Program-made: the position numbers and the translations under genes
Notes under the pieces: model-generated
Told to the model about the DNA's origin: nothing
Databases searched by the model: none
The model's input: the letters and a program-made list of their open reading frames with translations, nothing else
In this document: positions 28,301 through 37,156 of the stretch, piece after piece
Position numbering within the stretch: the first letter of the stretch is position 1
Layout: the number at the start of each line of letters is the position of its first letter
Virus record (IMG/VR): IMGVR_UViG_3300025782_000006
Strand: one strand, 5' to 3'
Source of the DNA: an uncultured virus (IMG/VR IMGVR_UViG_3300025782_000006)
Taxonomy: Duplodnaviria; Heunggongvirae; Uroviricota; Caudoviricetes
Length of the DNA: 54,252 bases

Positions 28301-28823
28301 TAAGATATGTAAATGAGCCTGTACCGCCGCTGATTGGAGTACCAGTAAGTGATCCAGCTGTTAAGTTGTTGGTAACAGTGGCAGATACCATTGTAGTATT
28401 ACCAGATTTAACGTTGGCAAAACCAGCACTGGTTAAAGTTGTTAGAGCATTACCAGAAGTAGATGTCGCAATAGCTTCAAACGCTTGATCGTTTTCTACC
28501 CATACCCATGCTGTATTAACAGAACCGTAAGGACCAAGTGAACTGTAGTTACGATTTACCAAGAAACCAATATCGTAACCGCTGATACTACCTGTATATC
28601 CCGAGTTGAAAACTACTAACGGGTCTTGAATATATGTGTTGATTGAGTTAATCGAACTAGTGTTACCGCTAACTGCTAAGTTACCAATAATAGTAACGTT
28701 AGAATTTAATGTTAAGTTTGCATTAAAGTTTGTACCAACCAGTGTACCAGGTACCAAACGTGTATAGTCAATTGTTTGTACTGTAATCTGGTTATTCTTA
28801 ATTCTTGTCATGTTTCCCGACAT
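25323..28823 (-). CDS. Long tail fibre/adhesin-like protein (1166 aa)
   Basis: Multiple SGTASTxTTTGALVVxGGxG and TNFS(S/T)GN repeats. Contains the LPVGTNAQRP..GMFRYNS module and a GDGATTAFTL...INGVVQ.P beta module. Confidence 0.8.
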   Translation of the reverse strand: MSGNMTRIKNNQITVQTIDYTRLVPGTLVGTNFNANLTLNSNVTIIGNLAVSGNTSSINSINTYIQDPLVVFNSGYTGSISGYDIGFLVNRNYSSLGPYGSVNTAWVWVENDQAFEAIATSTSGNALTTLTSAGFANVKSGNTTMVSATVTNNLTAGSLTGTPISGGTGSFTYLTAVTGFSTSNAQITGGSISGISLASTISYAANFSSPNVVVSGGYITGLANLQATNISGTTGVVTNLSSGNILVTGGAVNGLTTLGATTGVVTNFSSGNILVTSGSATGLTNLQATNITGTNGVVTNFSSGNAYITGGYISGDTSISGTTGQFTNFSTGNALITAAGITTLQATNFSSGNARITGGYADNFAIGANTAATGAFTTLSTSGVTTHNGNVVAASGTASTSATTGALVVTGGVGVTGNVNIAGNLSVTGTLTYINTNTEIVNGIEIVAGNLVANSGTASTNTTTGALVVAGGAGVSGAIYAGSIQNTPIGSTTASTGAFTTLTTSSTATANGNLVAASGTASTSTTTGALVVVGGTGISGATYIGGITSITNTTTNTGASTGALQVAGGAYIAGNLFVGGNINATVTAITTQYADFTGNAAGVGAVTAGIASGYVPEPMAIINSFGNANQYVGVINGQNINNGPLASADIFLSPGNGTYVDTYLDMGIASGTYNYPGYSLINPNDAYLFVYGNSTTGGGNLLLGTGYNNDIVFTVDGINTNNEVMRITRSNVVAIKSTTAASSTTTGALTVAGGAGVAGQLYASGLNGTTGSVTTLQATNFSTGNAVISGGYITTSNITTTGTAVHNGNIVAASGTASTNTTTGALVVVGGAGISGNINAGQSAVFNTSNGAGMDFIVKGATNNTLIWARPNSTYDSVIIGNSATASTAVNGAKLLINSTDTILLPVGTNAQRPGSIGFSDTTGMFRYNSTIGAIEWYNGTSWASASTSFTVIVSNQFNGDGATTAFTLTQSATTAGVIVSINGVVQIPTTAYSVSGTTLTFTEAPATGDVIDVRILTTTSTVTGLSSATGKAQVNVDDSAGITFVSTSSAGTVFTIPIGGGMVSNDANVSIASANTPTTIDSFSTSAYRTAKYILQVTNGTNFQSEEVLVVQNGTSSTLTTYGVLTTNGNLGIMSTNVSGSTVSVQFTAANAGNTVRLWRQYLPL

Positions 28824-28920
28824 AGCTCAATCCTTCTAAAATGGCTTCATTAATATTATTTATCGTAACCGTGCGAAATCAGTCCTTGCAGGCTGTTTTT
28901 GGAAGGACTCGGGGAAAATG

Positions 28921-29043
28921 TTAAACGTTGAAGTAAGTACGTTGGATTCTAATGCTACTAGAAACTGTACCTTGTGCTAGCAAATTAACAGTTGATCCGT
29001 TAATGTTTGCTGAGTACGTGATGGTGTTTACACTAGTATTTAG
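28921..29043 (-). pseudogene. Orphan C-terminal remnant of a fibre gene (LNTSVNTITYSANINGSTVNLLAQGTVSSSIRIQRTYFNV*)
   Basis: 40-codon open frame with no ATG start, bounded by TAA at 29044-29046. Resembles the C-terminus of 25323-28823 (STNVSGSTVSVQFTAANAGNTVRLWRQYLPL). Confidence 0.6.
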
Positions 29044-29055
29044 TTAAAACAAAAA

Positions 29056-31602
29056 TTATGCCTTCATAATGTAGCATAATGAGTAGTATGGCGGCAAGTT
29101 TGCATTGGTACCAGAAGAACCTGCAGAATTTACACTAATACCTGTAGATGCTGAACCAGTGTTATAAACTGGCCTAGTAGTTGTGTAACTGCCACCAGAT
29201 AGTGGAACTGTCTGAGTTAAATCATATCCCCCATAACCCGGAGCTGATAGTTGGCCTGAAAGAATGAAAGCTCCGCTGCTCAATTCATAACTAGCAGTTC
29301 CAAAATTGTGAGCATGCCCAGGATCACTAATTCCGTGACTATGGCTTACTACTATAGCATCTTTGCTACCGCCTGTATCTCCCACAGCATAAGTGTTGCC
29401 GGCACCAACAATAAATCTATCTCGCAAGTCGGGAGTTCCGTTAGAGCCGTTACACAGGTACCAACCGTATGGAATTGTTGTACTTGAACCTGACCACATC
29501 ATAATAATACCTGTTGGTAACATGTTGTGTACAAACGCCGTAGTTGCTAATTGTGTGTTATTAGCAGAAATATTTGCTGTAGGAGCAGTTGGAATACCGG
29601 TCAGTGCAGGACTTGCTACTGGAGCCAATGTGGCTATAGTTGCATTAGCTGCTGTCACGTTAGCGTTTACGCTGGTAATAGAACTTATGATAGCATTAAT
29701 ACTGTTTGCATCAGTTGCTAAATTGGCAGCAATTTGACCCAATGTAGCAAGTGTACCCGGAGCAGAACCAATTAAATTATTGATTGCTGTATTAATCGAA
29801 GTGCTTGTGTATGTTTGATTATATGAGTTTGCTGTGGCAATGGCCAAGTTAGCGGCGGTCACGTTTGCATTAATTGCGGAAATTGATGTAGTTGTATATG
29901 TTTGATTATATGAGTTTGCTGTGGCAATGGCCAAGTTAGCGGCGGTCACGTTTGCGTTGATTGCAGAAATTGATGTAGTTGTATATGTTTGATTATATGA
30001 GTTTGCTGTAGTAATCGCCAAGTTAGCGGCAGTCACGTTTGCATTAATTGCGGATATAGTAGCATCTGTTCCTGCGGCCAAGTATGTAGCCACATTGGCA
30101 TTGCTGTAGGTTGCAATTGGTGCTCCGCCCAATGACAATGTGTTGCCTGCCACACTTAATGCTGTGCCACCAAAATAGATAGTGTTGCTACTTACATATA
30201 ACGATTTCCATTGTTGAGTTGGACTGCCTAGGTTATAGGTTACGTTAGCACCGGGTATTACATTTCCGTTAACTACGATATCATTATCAAAAATATTATC
30301 TTTTACAATGCTTACTGCTAAAAAGCGTACATCAATCACGTCAGATGACAATGGTGTTTCTGTAAATGTAATCTGATTTCCAGTCACATTGTATGACGTT
30401 ATTGGCTGTTGTACAGTACCGTTAATACTAACTAAAATACCAGAAGTAGTTGTGCCTTGATTTAGTGTAAAGGTGTTTGTGGCGCCGTCACCATTAATAA
30501 TTTGATCATTAATTTCGCTGATAACACTAATCCAACTAGTTCCGTTATAAAATTCTACTGTATTGTAGTCACTGTTATAGCGTATTTGTCCCGATGCTGG
30601 ACTCGCTGGACGAGCAGTATTCCCACCAATTGGAACTTGCAATGCCCCTGTACCTAAAAACGTTACGACATTTCCTGTTTGTCCAGAAATATAATCAGTA
30701 TAAACATTACCATAGAATTTTGCAATTACATTGCCAGCAGTAATGTTACCTGCGGTTGAAATAGTATTGCTACCAAAAGAGGCTAGAAATACTGCTACGT
30801 TAGCATTTCCATAGTTACTGAATACCACTGGTGCACCGTTGGCATAGAAGAAATTATTAGTAAGAAGATTACCTGTTGCGGTATTACCAGTTACTGTTAG
30901 ATTTGTAAGAGTTTGAGAGCCTGATATGTTTCCGAGCACATTACCAACAAGAGTTCCAACAAAATAATTAGAACTAACATTGCCCCCAAATGTTACACCG
31001 GTGTTGCCTGTAATAGTATTTCCATTGATGCTGATAGTACCAATATTCAAATTAGCAAAATTAGCAATGCCTTTGACCCCCGTATAACGAGCACCAACTA
31101 CATAAACTACGTTAGCTACGTTAGCAACAGGAGTTGGTACGTTAGTATCAGCAAAGTTCACGATACCAGCAGAATAGTCAAAGTACCATGAGTCACTGTT
31201 ACCAGATCCGCCTACTGGCAAGTTAACCAAACTCTGTGGATTTGATTTACCAGGAGGTCCTGCATATAATTGTAGCTGATAACCAGCACCAAATTGTGGG
31301 CTGATCCAGTCAGTTAAGTTTGTTGCCCAGGTTTCTTGTGCTGTGCTTTCACTGAGTGCTGATGCCTGTACTGTAGAACTTAAACTATCTCTATAGACTG
31401 TGACCACGCTACTGTTACTTGCAGGAAGAGTAGTAACATTGGGAATATAATAATCTTGTTGCCAAACAGTAGAACCAGGACTTAACTGTGGACTAGCATT
31501 AGCTTCGTTAGCTGGCGATTTTGCTGTACTCGTGTCTGTCTTAGAAACCCCACTAAGTTTCTTGTACAATATATCGACTAGTTGTGTTTGAGATATTGTC
31601 AT
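29056..31602 (-). CDS. Tail fibre protein with C-terminal tail-collar domain (848 aa)
   Basis: SPALTGIPTAPT...TQLATTAFV, then PTGIIMMWSG..IPYGWYLCNGSNGTPDLRDRFIVGAG, and NLPPYYSLCYIMK. Confidence 0.85.
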   Translation of the reverse strand: MTISQTQLVDILYKKLSGVSKTDTSTAKSPANEANASPQLSPGSTVWQQDYYIPNVTTLPASNSSVVTVYRDSLSSTVQASALSESTAQETWATNLTDWISPQFGAGYQLQLYAGPPGKSNPQSLVNLPVGGSGNSDSWYFDYSAGIVNFADTNVPTPVANVANVVYVVGARYTGVKGIANFANLNIGTISINGNTITGNTGVTFGGNVSSNYFVGTLVGNVLGNISGSQTLTNLTVTGNTATGNLLTNNFFYANGAPVVFSNYGNANVAVFLASFGSNTISTAGNITAGNVIAKFYGNVYTDYISGQTGNVVTFLGTGALQVPIGGNTARPASPASGQIRYNSDYNTVEFYNGTSWISVISEINDQIINGDGATNTFTLNQGTTTSGILVSINGTVQQPITSYNVTGNQITFTETPLSSDVIDVRFLAVSIVKDNIFDNDIVVNGNVIPGANVTYNLGSPTQQWKSLYVSSNTIYFGGTALSVAGNTLSLGGAPIATYSNANVATYLAAGTDATISAINANVTAANLAITTANSYNQTYTTTSISAINANVTAANLAIATANSYNQTYTTTSISAINANVTAANLAIATANSYNQTYTSTSINTAINNLIGSAPGTLATLGQIAANLATDANSINAIISSITSVNANVTAANATIATLAPVASPALTGIPTAPTANISANNTQLATTAFVHNMLPTGIIMMWSGSSTTIPYGWYLCNGSNGTPDLRDRFIVGAGNTYAVGDTGGSKDAIVVSHSHGISDPGHAHNFGTASYELSSGAFILSGQLSAPGYGGYDLTQTVPLSGGSYTTTRPVYNTGSASTGISVNSAGSSGTNANLPPYYSLCYIMKA
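29795..30055 (-). repeat. Three near-identical 87-nt (29-aa) tandem repeats in the fibre gene
   Basis: ATGTTTGATTATATGAGTTTGCTGT recurs at 29811, 29898 and 29985 (87-nt period). The unit is ISAINANVTAANLAI(A/T)TANSYNQTYTTTS. Confidence 0.9.
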
Positions 31603-31603
31603 A

Positions 31604-33610
31604 TTAGTTAGTTGGATTCGCTATACTTAATGCTGTTAAACTTTGACCGCTAGTTAGTTTAACACGAATATAAATTTCGTTACCGGTTGAGCCAGTTGAA
31701 CTTGCTGTACCAAATGTGCAGGTATAGCTACCACCACTGACCAAACTGTTTAATACTGCGGCACCGCCTGTAGCACAACCAGCACTACCATTACCGCCTG
31801 TACCTGTTCCTGGTACTCCTGAACCTGCGTAAGCCACTGCCATATTGATCCAACCATTAGTTGGTGCAGCTGTGGTGTCGATTGTGCTACCGGGTAGTGA
31901 TACCCATAATCCAGCAATGGTTCCTGAGTAACTAATGTTAAATTTACTTACTGCACCTTTGGTCCATTTGAATGTAAAGTATTGACTAGCACTACGTCCA
32001 GAACTCAAATTAGGACCAACTGGCAAGTAGCCTGTTGAATAATTTGTTACGTCATATTTTAATACTGCGGCAACCACTGTAGCATCTGTTGCTAGTAGTG
32101 TACTAGTTTGACTGTTAAATGTTGCTTCACTACCTGTGTATGTGGGAGTATCCGCAGCTGTTCCGCCGTCAGGATTAACTATGCGATATGCGGCACTAGC
32201 ACCAGTATAGCTATTAGTGATTGCTGTTTCTTCAATCTGTGTTGTTGTACCAGTTTTATACAAAATTGTTACACCCGGATTAATTGTACCCGATGAACCC
32301 AGCGCATATGGATTACTAAACGTAATGCTTGGTCCGCTGGTACTAGATCCAAACCCCGATACAATGCCGACTGGAGTTTCAAAATATTGACTGCTGGTTA
32401 GATTGCGACTTAACGGAACTGAGACTGTGGGACTAAAACTTGAATATGTAGGTAGTGTTGGTACACCAAATGCACCACCAGAGCCAACACCAAACGGACT
32501 AGCAAGGTACATATCACCACTCAAATTGGTTACGTTACCTTTGATCTTAAAGGTAGTGCTTGAGTTAAAGTGTGGAATAGTACTAGAGTAAGTTGTGCTA
32601 TTGCTGGTTAAGGTTACGCTGGTATTGCTGACTGTGGGTGTTCCTGGATTACTTGAGTCGTAATACCAAGTTGCATTATTTGTTTGTGTGCTTGTGCCAG
32701 AATCTGTAATATACACACGATTCCACCCTGCAGATATACCGCCAGTGGCTGTTGCATAAGTTGAAAATACTGTCCAGAAGCCAGCAGTCACTGAGCTTAG
32801 GACATTATGATAGTCCTGAACATTATAAACATACAAGTTACCATTGGTAGTATTACCGTTAGAACCATTTAGTGTTACGTTACCATTTGGTGTTCCATTA
32901 ACATAAGCAGTAACAGTTCCTGTACTACCAGGACCAACGTTGGTAACTGCTGTGGTTGTAAATACTGCTGAACGAACTGCGTTGACTGCTGTGCCAGCAC
33001 TGACAGATAAATTACCCCAGCCACTGTTGTCAGTTTGAACAAAATTGGTCATTAGTCCAGCTGTAGTTGCTGTGGAGATTGAAATAGTTGTTGCGTTAGG
33101 AAAGTTTGGAGGACTCTGCGGAACCAGTTTACCTAGTACATAATTTAAACTTGCAATAGCGTCAGTAACCTTTGTTGTCTGTGTTAATGATACCGCATTG
33201 CTTACCAATGCCTGTACTGTGTTTGCGCCTAGTGTAATTGCATTGCCGGTCAAACCAGTTTGATTAATAACTGTTTGAACGTTTGCCCAAGTTAAGTTAC
33301 CGTTACCGTCTGTGGTTAAAACATAATCAAGACTACCACCGCTGATGGTAATGTTAGAAGTACTACCAAGATTAATAACACCTGTGTCACTGGTAATGGT
33401 GTTGTTTAAAATATATAAATTACCAATGTGTGCGTTACCAATTACTTCTAAAGGATAATTTGGTGATCCAGTATTAACACCAAGACGATTATTGTTTACA
33501 TCAAAAAATACCGTTGGAGTATTTGAAATTAAATTTGTAATGGAGAGATTAGAGCCCGCTCTCTCAAGCGTTTGCTGTAACATTTGACCATTGATACGAG
33601 CAATTGCCAT
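31604..33610 (-). CDS. Virion structural protein (fibre/baseplate-associated, 668 aa)
   Basis: S/T/G/N-rich. RLGVNTGSPNYPLEVIG fibre motif. Within the fibre operon. Confidence 0.7.
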   Translation of the reverse strand: MAIARINGQMLQQTLERAGSNLSITNLISNTPTVFFDVNNNRLGVNTGSPNYPLEVIGNAHIGNLYILNNTITSDTGVINLGSTSNITISGGSLDYVLTTDGNGNLTWANVQTVINQTGLTGNAITLGANTVQALVSNAVSLTQTTKVTDAIASLNYVLGKLVPQSPPNFPNATTISISTATTAGLMTNFVQTDNSGWGNLSVSAGTAVNAVRSAVFTTTAVTNVGPGSTGTVTAYVNGTPNGNVTLNGSNGNTTNGNLYVYNVQDYHNVLSSVTAGFWTVFSTYATATGGISAGWNRVYITDSGTSTQTNNATWYYDSSNPGTPTVSNTSVTLTSNSTTYSSTIPHFNSSTTFKIKGNVTNLSGDMYLASPFGVGSGGAFGVPTLPTYSSFSPTVSVPLSRNLTSSQYFETPVGIVSGFGSSTSGPSITFSNPYALGSSGTINPGVTILYKTGTTTQIEETAITNSYTGASAAYRIVNPDGGTAADTPTYTGSEATFNSQTSTLLATDATVVAAVLKYDVTNYSTGYLPVGPNLSSGRSASQYFTFKWTKGAVSKFNISYSGTIAGLWVSLPGSTIDTTAAPTNGWINMAVAYAGSGVPGTGTGGNGSAGCATGGAAVLNSLVSGGSYTCTFGTASSTGSTGNEIYIRVKLTSGQSLTALSIANPTN

Positions 33611-33618
33611 TTAGGCTC

Positions 33619-34053
33619 CTATGCTGGCACGTTGGTGCTGTTGATGTTATGTATAATAACGATTGTAGTTGGACTACTACCTGTGTAGGCAGGCGGTATA
33701 GCTTGAAGTGTAATTATAGTAGAACCATTGACAGTATAGTTTGTGGTTGGCTGTTGGTAAACACCGCCAACAAATACTGCGATTGCAGTTGGGTCGCTTT
33801 CTGCTTGGCTCATAGTCCATGTTGCATTTACACCATCAGCATTGAAGCTGTCAACCACAAGTTGAACTGAACCAATTTTGGCAACTTGATTCCATGCGCC
33901 GTTGTAGTAAAATTCAATTCTGCTGGTAGCTTGGTTGAATCTAATTAGGCCACTGATAGGTGCGTCACCGTATGATGAACTTGGCACGATCGGTAATTGC
34001 GCGGCTAAATTAAATCCTTTACCAATTTGAGGATTTTTGAGATATCTAGCCAT
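33619..34053 (-). CDS. Small structural protein
   Basis: Shares the GLIRFN..IEFYYNGAW and VFVGGVYQQP..NYTV modules with the long fibre genes. Confidence 0.7.
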   Translation of the reverse strand: MARYLKNPQIGKGFNLAAQLPIVPSSSYGDAPISGLIRFNQATSRIEFYYNGAWNQVAKIGSVQLVVDSFNADGVNATWTMSQAESDPTAIAVFVGGVYQQPTTNYTVNGSTIITLQAIPPAYTGSSPTTIVIIHNINSTNVPA

Positions 34054-34055
34054 TG

Positions 34056-34364
34056 TTAAATTCCAATATAGCTTACAGTTGCTGTCACTGATAAATTGGC
34101 ACTTGCGTTGGCATAAATTGCATCACCGTTTGCAAGAATAATTTTTTCTGTATCAACCACTAATGTATTAAATGCTGTCATTGTTACATTTGAATAGATA
34201 ATGGTTGAAGAGTTGGCTTGTTTACCTGCTGGCACTAACCACACGTTAGCTGTAGCACTATTGTTAGTATAGTTGCAAAAGTGCATGACTGTGGTTGCAC
34301 TATTATTTGTGCTAGTATAGATTGCACTAGCCACTGTTGTTACGTTTGCGTTTGTTATTGCCAT
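34056..34364 (-). CDS. Small beta-rich structural protein
   Basis: 102-aa ORF in the structural operon with an AGGA SD. Confidence 0.65.
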   Translation of the reverse strand: MAITNANVTTVASAIYTSTNNSATTVMHFCNYTNNSATANVWLVPAGKQANSSTIIYSNVTMTAFNTLVVDTEKIILANGDAIYANASANLSVTATVSYIGI

Positions 34365-34374
34365 TTAATTCGTC

Positions 34375-34845
34375 CTATCCAAATATAATCGAGAATGCCA
34401 CTGCTGCACTCTTGGTTGCTAATTCTTGTTGGGTTCCGTTGGTGTTATCTACGTATAACCCAGACTTACCACTAGATACAGTTCCAGTATAAAGGGTTAC
34501 AGTATTAGCAGTATCAAATAAACTTATACCAGTAATGTTAATATTACCAAACGTTGCACCTGCGGTTAAAATATTACCGTAGGTAGTACCATTATTTGTC
34601 AACTGCCAACTGCTGGATGCTTCGTTCCAACGGATAGCTACGTTAGCAGGTCCTGTGGGACGAACTACACCAATAGTTGCATTTAAATTCACCGCTGAAT
34701 TGGTATTAAACAGTAACACATCATCAGCATTAACTGTAGCACTATTAATAGTAGTGGTATTACCAACAACGTTTAAGTTACCATGAATTGTCATGGTGGG
34801 AACATAAACATCATACGTATCCGGAATTCGCTTTACTGTTGCCAT
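34375..34845 (-). CDS. Small fibre-associated structural protein
   Basis: GNLNVVGNTTTINS and AIRWNE...WQLTNNG modules. Late box CATAAATA at ~34868-34875. Confidence 0.65.
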   Translation of the reverse strand: MATVKRIPDTYDVYVPTMTIHGNLNVVGNTTTINSATVNADDVLLFNTNSAVNLNATIGVVRPTGPANVAIRWNEASSSWQLTNNGTTYGNILTAGATFGNINITGISLFDTANTVTLYTGTVSSGKSGLYVDNTNGTQQELATKSAAVAFSIIFG

Positions 34846-34900
34846 TGTAAAAACCCTAATTTAGTAGTATTTATGCTCGAATACAGATCGTGTTTTCAAT

Positions 34901-34926
34901 AAAAAACCCGCCGGCGGCGGGTTTTT
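34901..34926. terminator. Intrinsic terminator, likely bidirectional
   Basis: AAAAAACCCGCC-GGC-GGCGGGTTTTT. Confidence 0.85.
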
Positions 34927-34941
34927 GTATGCTCAATTTAA

Positions 34942-35400
34942 TTAAGCGTATGCTACTTGTACAAATCCTGTTACACCTGCTGCTGCATCAACACGATATG
35001 TATTACTTGTTGTTGCTGTAGCTAAATGATAACGATATTTGTTACCAGAAAAATCATATACCCAACGATTTGTAATACGACTAGCGTAAAAAGTTGTTGT
35101 ATCTGCTTTGGTGCACAAAATAGTCATTTGACCAGTACCAGTAATACTACTTACTAAGGTAGCCACAGCTTTACTAGTACCATCTGATACTAGAAATTTG
35201 TGTGTACCTTTTTGACGTAAGATTGACCCAGATAGTGAACCATTGCCGATGCTAACAGTTGGATTAATTTGACGGCCAGTTTGGCTTGTTAGACCGCCTG
35301 TACCGCCAAGGTAAGCACCACTGAGATACTCTGGACCAGTATAACGGTCAACTAATTGACCGCTTACTGAGTTGGTTTTTGTAATTTTTAGTTTTGCCAT
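34942..35400 (-). CDS. Putative capsid decoration/structural protein, paralog of 35416-36195
   Basis: MAKLKITKT, LRQKGTHKFLVSDGT, FYASRITNRWVYDF..NKYRY. Confidence 0.6.
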   Translation of the reverse strand: MAKLKITKTNSVSGQLVDRYTGPEYLSGAYLGGTGGLTSQTGRQINPTVSIGNGSLSGSILRQKGTHKFLVSDGTSKAVATLVSSITGTGQMTILCTKADTTTFYASRITNRWVYDFSGNKYRYHLATATTSNTYRVDAAAGVTGFVQVAYA

Positions 35401-35415
35401 TTGTAACTATTCCAA

Positions 35416-36195
35416 TTAAACTGCATCAGGAATCTGTACAAAACCTACGTAGCCACTTGCTGCATCTTTTACATAAGTGTTAGCTGTTGTTGGTAATTGG
35501 CTCCAATAACGATACTTGTTACGGTTGTTGTAACCATCGTTACCAAAATCGTATACCCAACGGTTTGTCAACTTGCTAGCAAAGAAGCCAACTTCCATTG
35601 GAGCACCTACAGTAGCATTTGCTGCTGTAACTGTCTGTGAAGTAAAGCCAATTGTTACGTTACCATATGCTACGCCGTTAATTGTTGTGTTGGAATTAAT
35701 AGCGGTAATAGTTACGTTACCGTTGATACCTGTGTTCATAACTTTTGCACCAACTACAAAACCAGTTGTGCCGCTTGGTGCTGCGTTTGCTGCTGCTAAA
35801 CTATATGTCATGTATGTACTTGTTGCGGCACTACCTTGTGCTGTTACGTTAGCCCAGTATGTTACACCAGTATAAACTGGAACTGAAGCTTGGCCAGGAC
35901 CGCCATCTGGTACCATACTGTTTACTAGAGTACAAATTTTACTTGTTGTACCATCAGAACATAAAAACTTATGCTCGCCTTTAGCACGTAACAAGCTAGC
36001 ATTAGTTGGACCATTGCCTGTATTTGCTTGAGCGTGGATTTGTGGACCGCCTTGTGTATAAACACCGCCAACTGAACCAGGGTAAGAAGTAATACCACCA
36101 CTAGTGATTTGCTCTGGACCTGTGTGTTGATCTGTACGTGTTGTACCTGTACCTGTGTTACCTGTAGGTGTTTTACTGATTTTTAGTTTTGCCAT
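35416..36195 (-). CDS. Putative capsid decoration/structural protein
   Basis: Start placed at ATG 36195 after an AAGGAG SD. Motifs MAKLKISKT, LRAKGEHKFLCSDGT, FFASKLTNRWVYDF..NKYRY. Confidence 0.6.
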   Translation of the reverse strand: MAKLKISKTPTGNTGTGTTRTDQHTGPEQITSGGITSYPGSVGGVYTQGGPQIHAQANTGNGPTNASLLRAKGEHKFLCSDGTTSKICTLVNSMVPDGGPGQASVPVYTGVTYWANVTAQGSAATSTYMTYSLAAANAAPSGTTGFVVGAKVMNTGINGNVTITAINSNTTINGVAYGNVTIGFTSQTVTAANATVGAPMEVGFFASKLTNRWVYDFGNDGYNNRNKYRYWSQLPTTANTYVKDAASGYVGFVQIPDAV

Positions 36196-36209
36196 TTTAT
36201 TTCTCCTTT

Positions 36210-36287
36210 GCCCCATGGGCGTTAGCGTTCTAGGCTATCCGGAGTGGTGCTCCGAAAGTTACTCTTGTGAGTGAACACTATTATTTA
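36210..36287 (-). promoter_or_regulatory. Late promoter plus structured 5' leader (three-way junction)
   Basis: TAAATA at 36287-36282, then P1 GUGUUC/GAACGC, P2 ACUC-ACAA-GAGU, P3 CGGAG-CACCA-CUCCG, and a GCCC-AUG-GGGC hairpin abutting the SD. Confidence 0.55.
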
Positions 36288-37156
36288 TCAATTTGGGTAT
36301 AAAGATAGTCAGCCCAAAGTTGGTGACCTGCAGGGTTGGGATGGCAAGTACTGCCTTTAAGATTATAAGGACTGGCACCAAGAAATTGCCATCGGTTACC
36401 GACACGTTCCATAATATCTAAAAATTCTATCTTGCGGTCTGGATTATTTTTAATAAATTTTTCAGTCAGAGGGTTAATTGACATTTGTGCAATAAACGGC
36501 ACGGGCTTTTGATAGTTTGAAAAATTAAAATTATCTTGTATTATATCACACCATGTTTTGTCTAACAACCAAGGTCTTGTTTGCCAGCTGTCAGTAAATG
36601 CGCGACTAACAATCGGTACCACAGGAACTGTATCAAAATAACTTTGTAAATTATCAAACAAGTAGTTTTCTACTGCTACCAAAAATTTGTTTAGGTTGGC
36701 ACTCTCTTCCCAAAATTTTTGATAAGTTGGTAAAACTTGTATGCGTCTGGTATATTCAGCTTCCCTGAGATCTTCTGTTAGAGTAACCACAAGATAGATT
36801 TTTTTATAACGACTGTTTTGTATAATCGGCTGTATATCCTGTAACTTTTCTAACATCCAATAGTTACTGCATCCTGGGCGAGCTAGATTAACCCAATCAG
36901 AATTCAATTTATCTGCTAGCAATCGACCAAATATTTGAGTAAGTCTAACAGGATCATCTGACGCTTGATTCCAATCTATGTTGCCTAGGTGATCACCCCA
37001 AGTCCACGAGTCGCCTACTGTTAGTAATAGTGTATCTTGGTCCTGTATATCTTCTGAATACCAACACCTAAATGTTTCCATGCGATTGGGGTCATAGTCC
37101 TGCTGTTTGTGATCTATACTTTGATCAAAAGAAAGTGTATTGTAAAATTTAAACAT
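36281..37156 (-). CDS. SGNH/GDSL hydrolase-fold protein
   Basis: VGDSWTWG, NLARPGCSN, HPNPAGHQLWADYL. Confidence 0.75.
   Translation of the reverse strand: MFKFYNTLSFDQSIDHKQQDYDPNRMETFRCWYSEDIQDQDTLLLTVGDSWTWGDHLGNIDWNQASDDPVRLTQIFGRLLADKLNSDWVNLARPGCSNYWMLEKLQDIQPIIQNSRYKKIYLVVTLTEDLREAEYTRRIQVLPTYQKFWEESANLNKFLVAVENYLFDNLQSYFDTVPVVPIVSRAFTDSWQTRPWLLDKTWCDIIQDNFNFSNYQKPVPFIAQMSINPLTEKFIKNNPDRKIEFLDIMERVGNRWQFLGASPYNLKGSTCHPNPAGHQLWADYLYTQIDK

Noticed and set aside
25528..28488. Many short plus-strand ORFs opposite the fibre genes, and similar ones opposite other long genes
   Set aside because: These are antisense shadows caused by repetitive Thr/Gly/Ala/Val codon usage, with no RBS or promoter support.
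29795..30055. CRISPR-like array
   Set aside because: The repeats are contiguous, in-frame coding units with no unique spacers.
21291..33610. Diversity-generating retroelement or invertible tail-fibre cassette
   Set aside because: I saw no reverse transcriptase, recombinase, adenine-variant TR/VR pair or flanking inverted repeats in the window.
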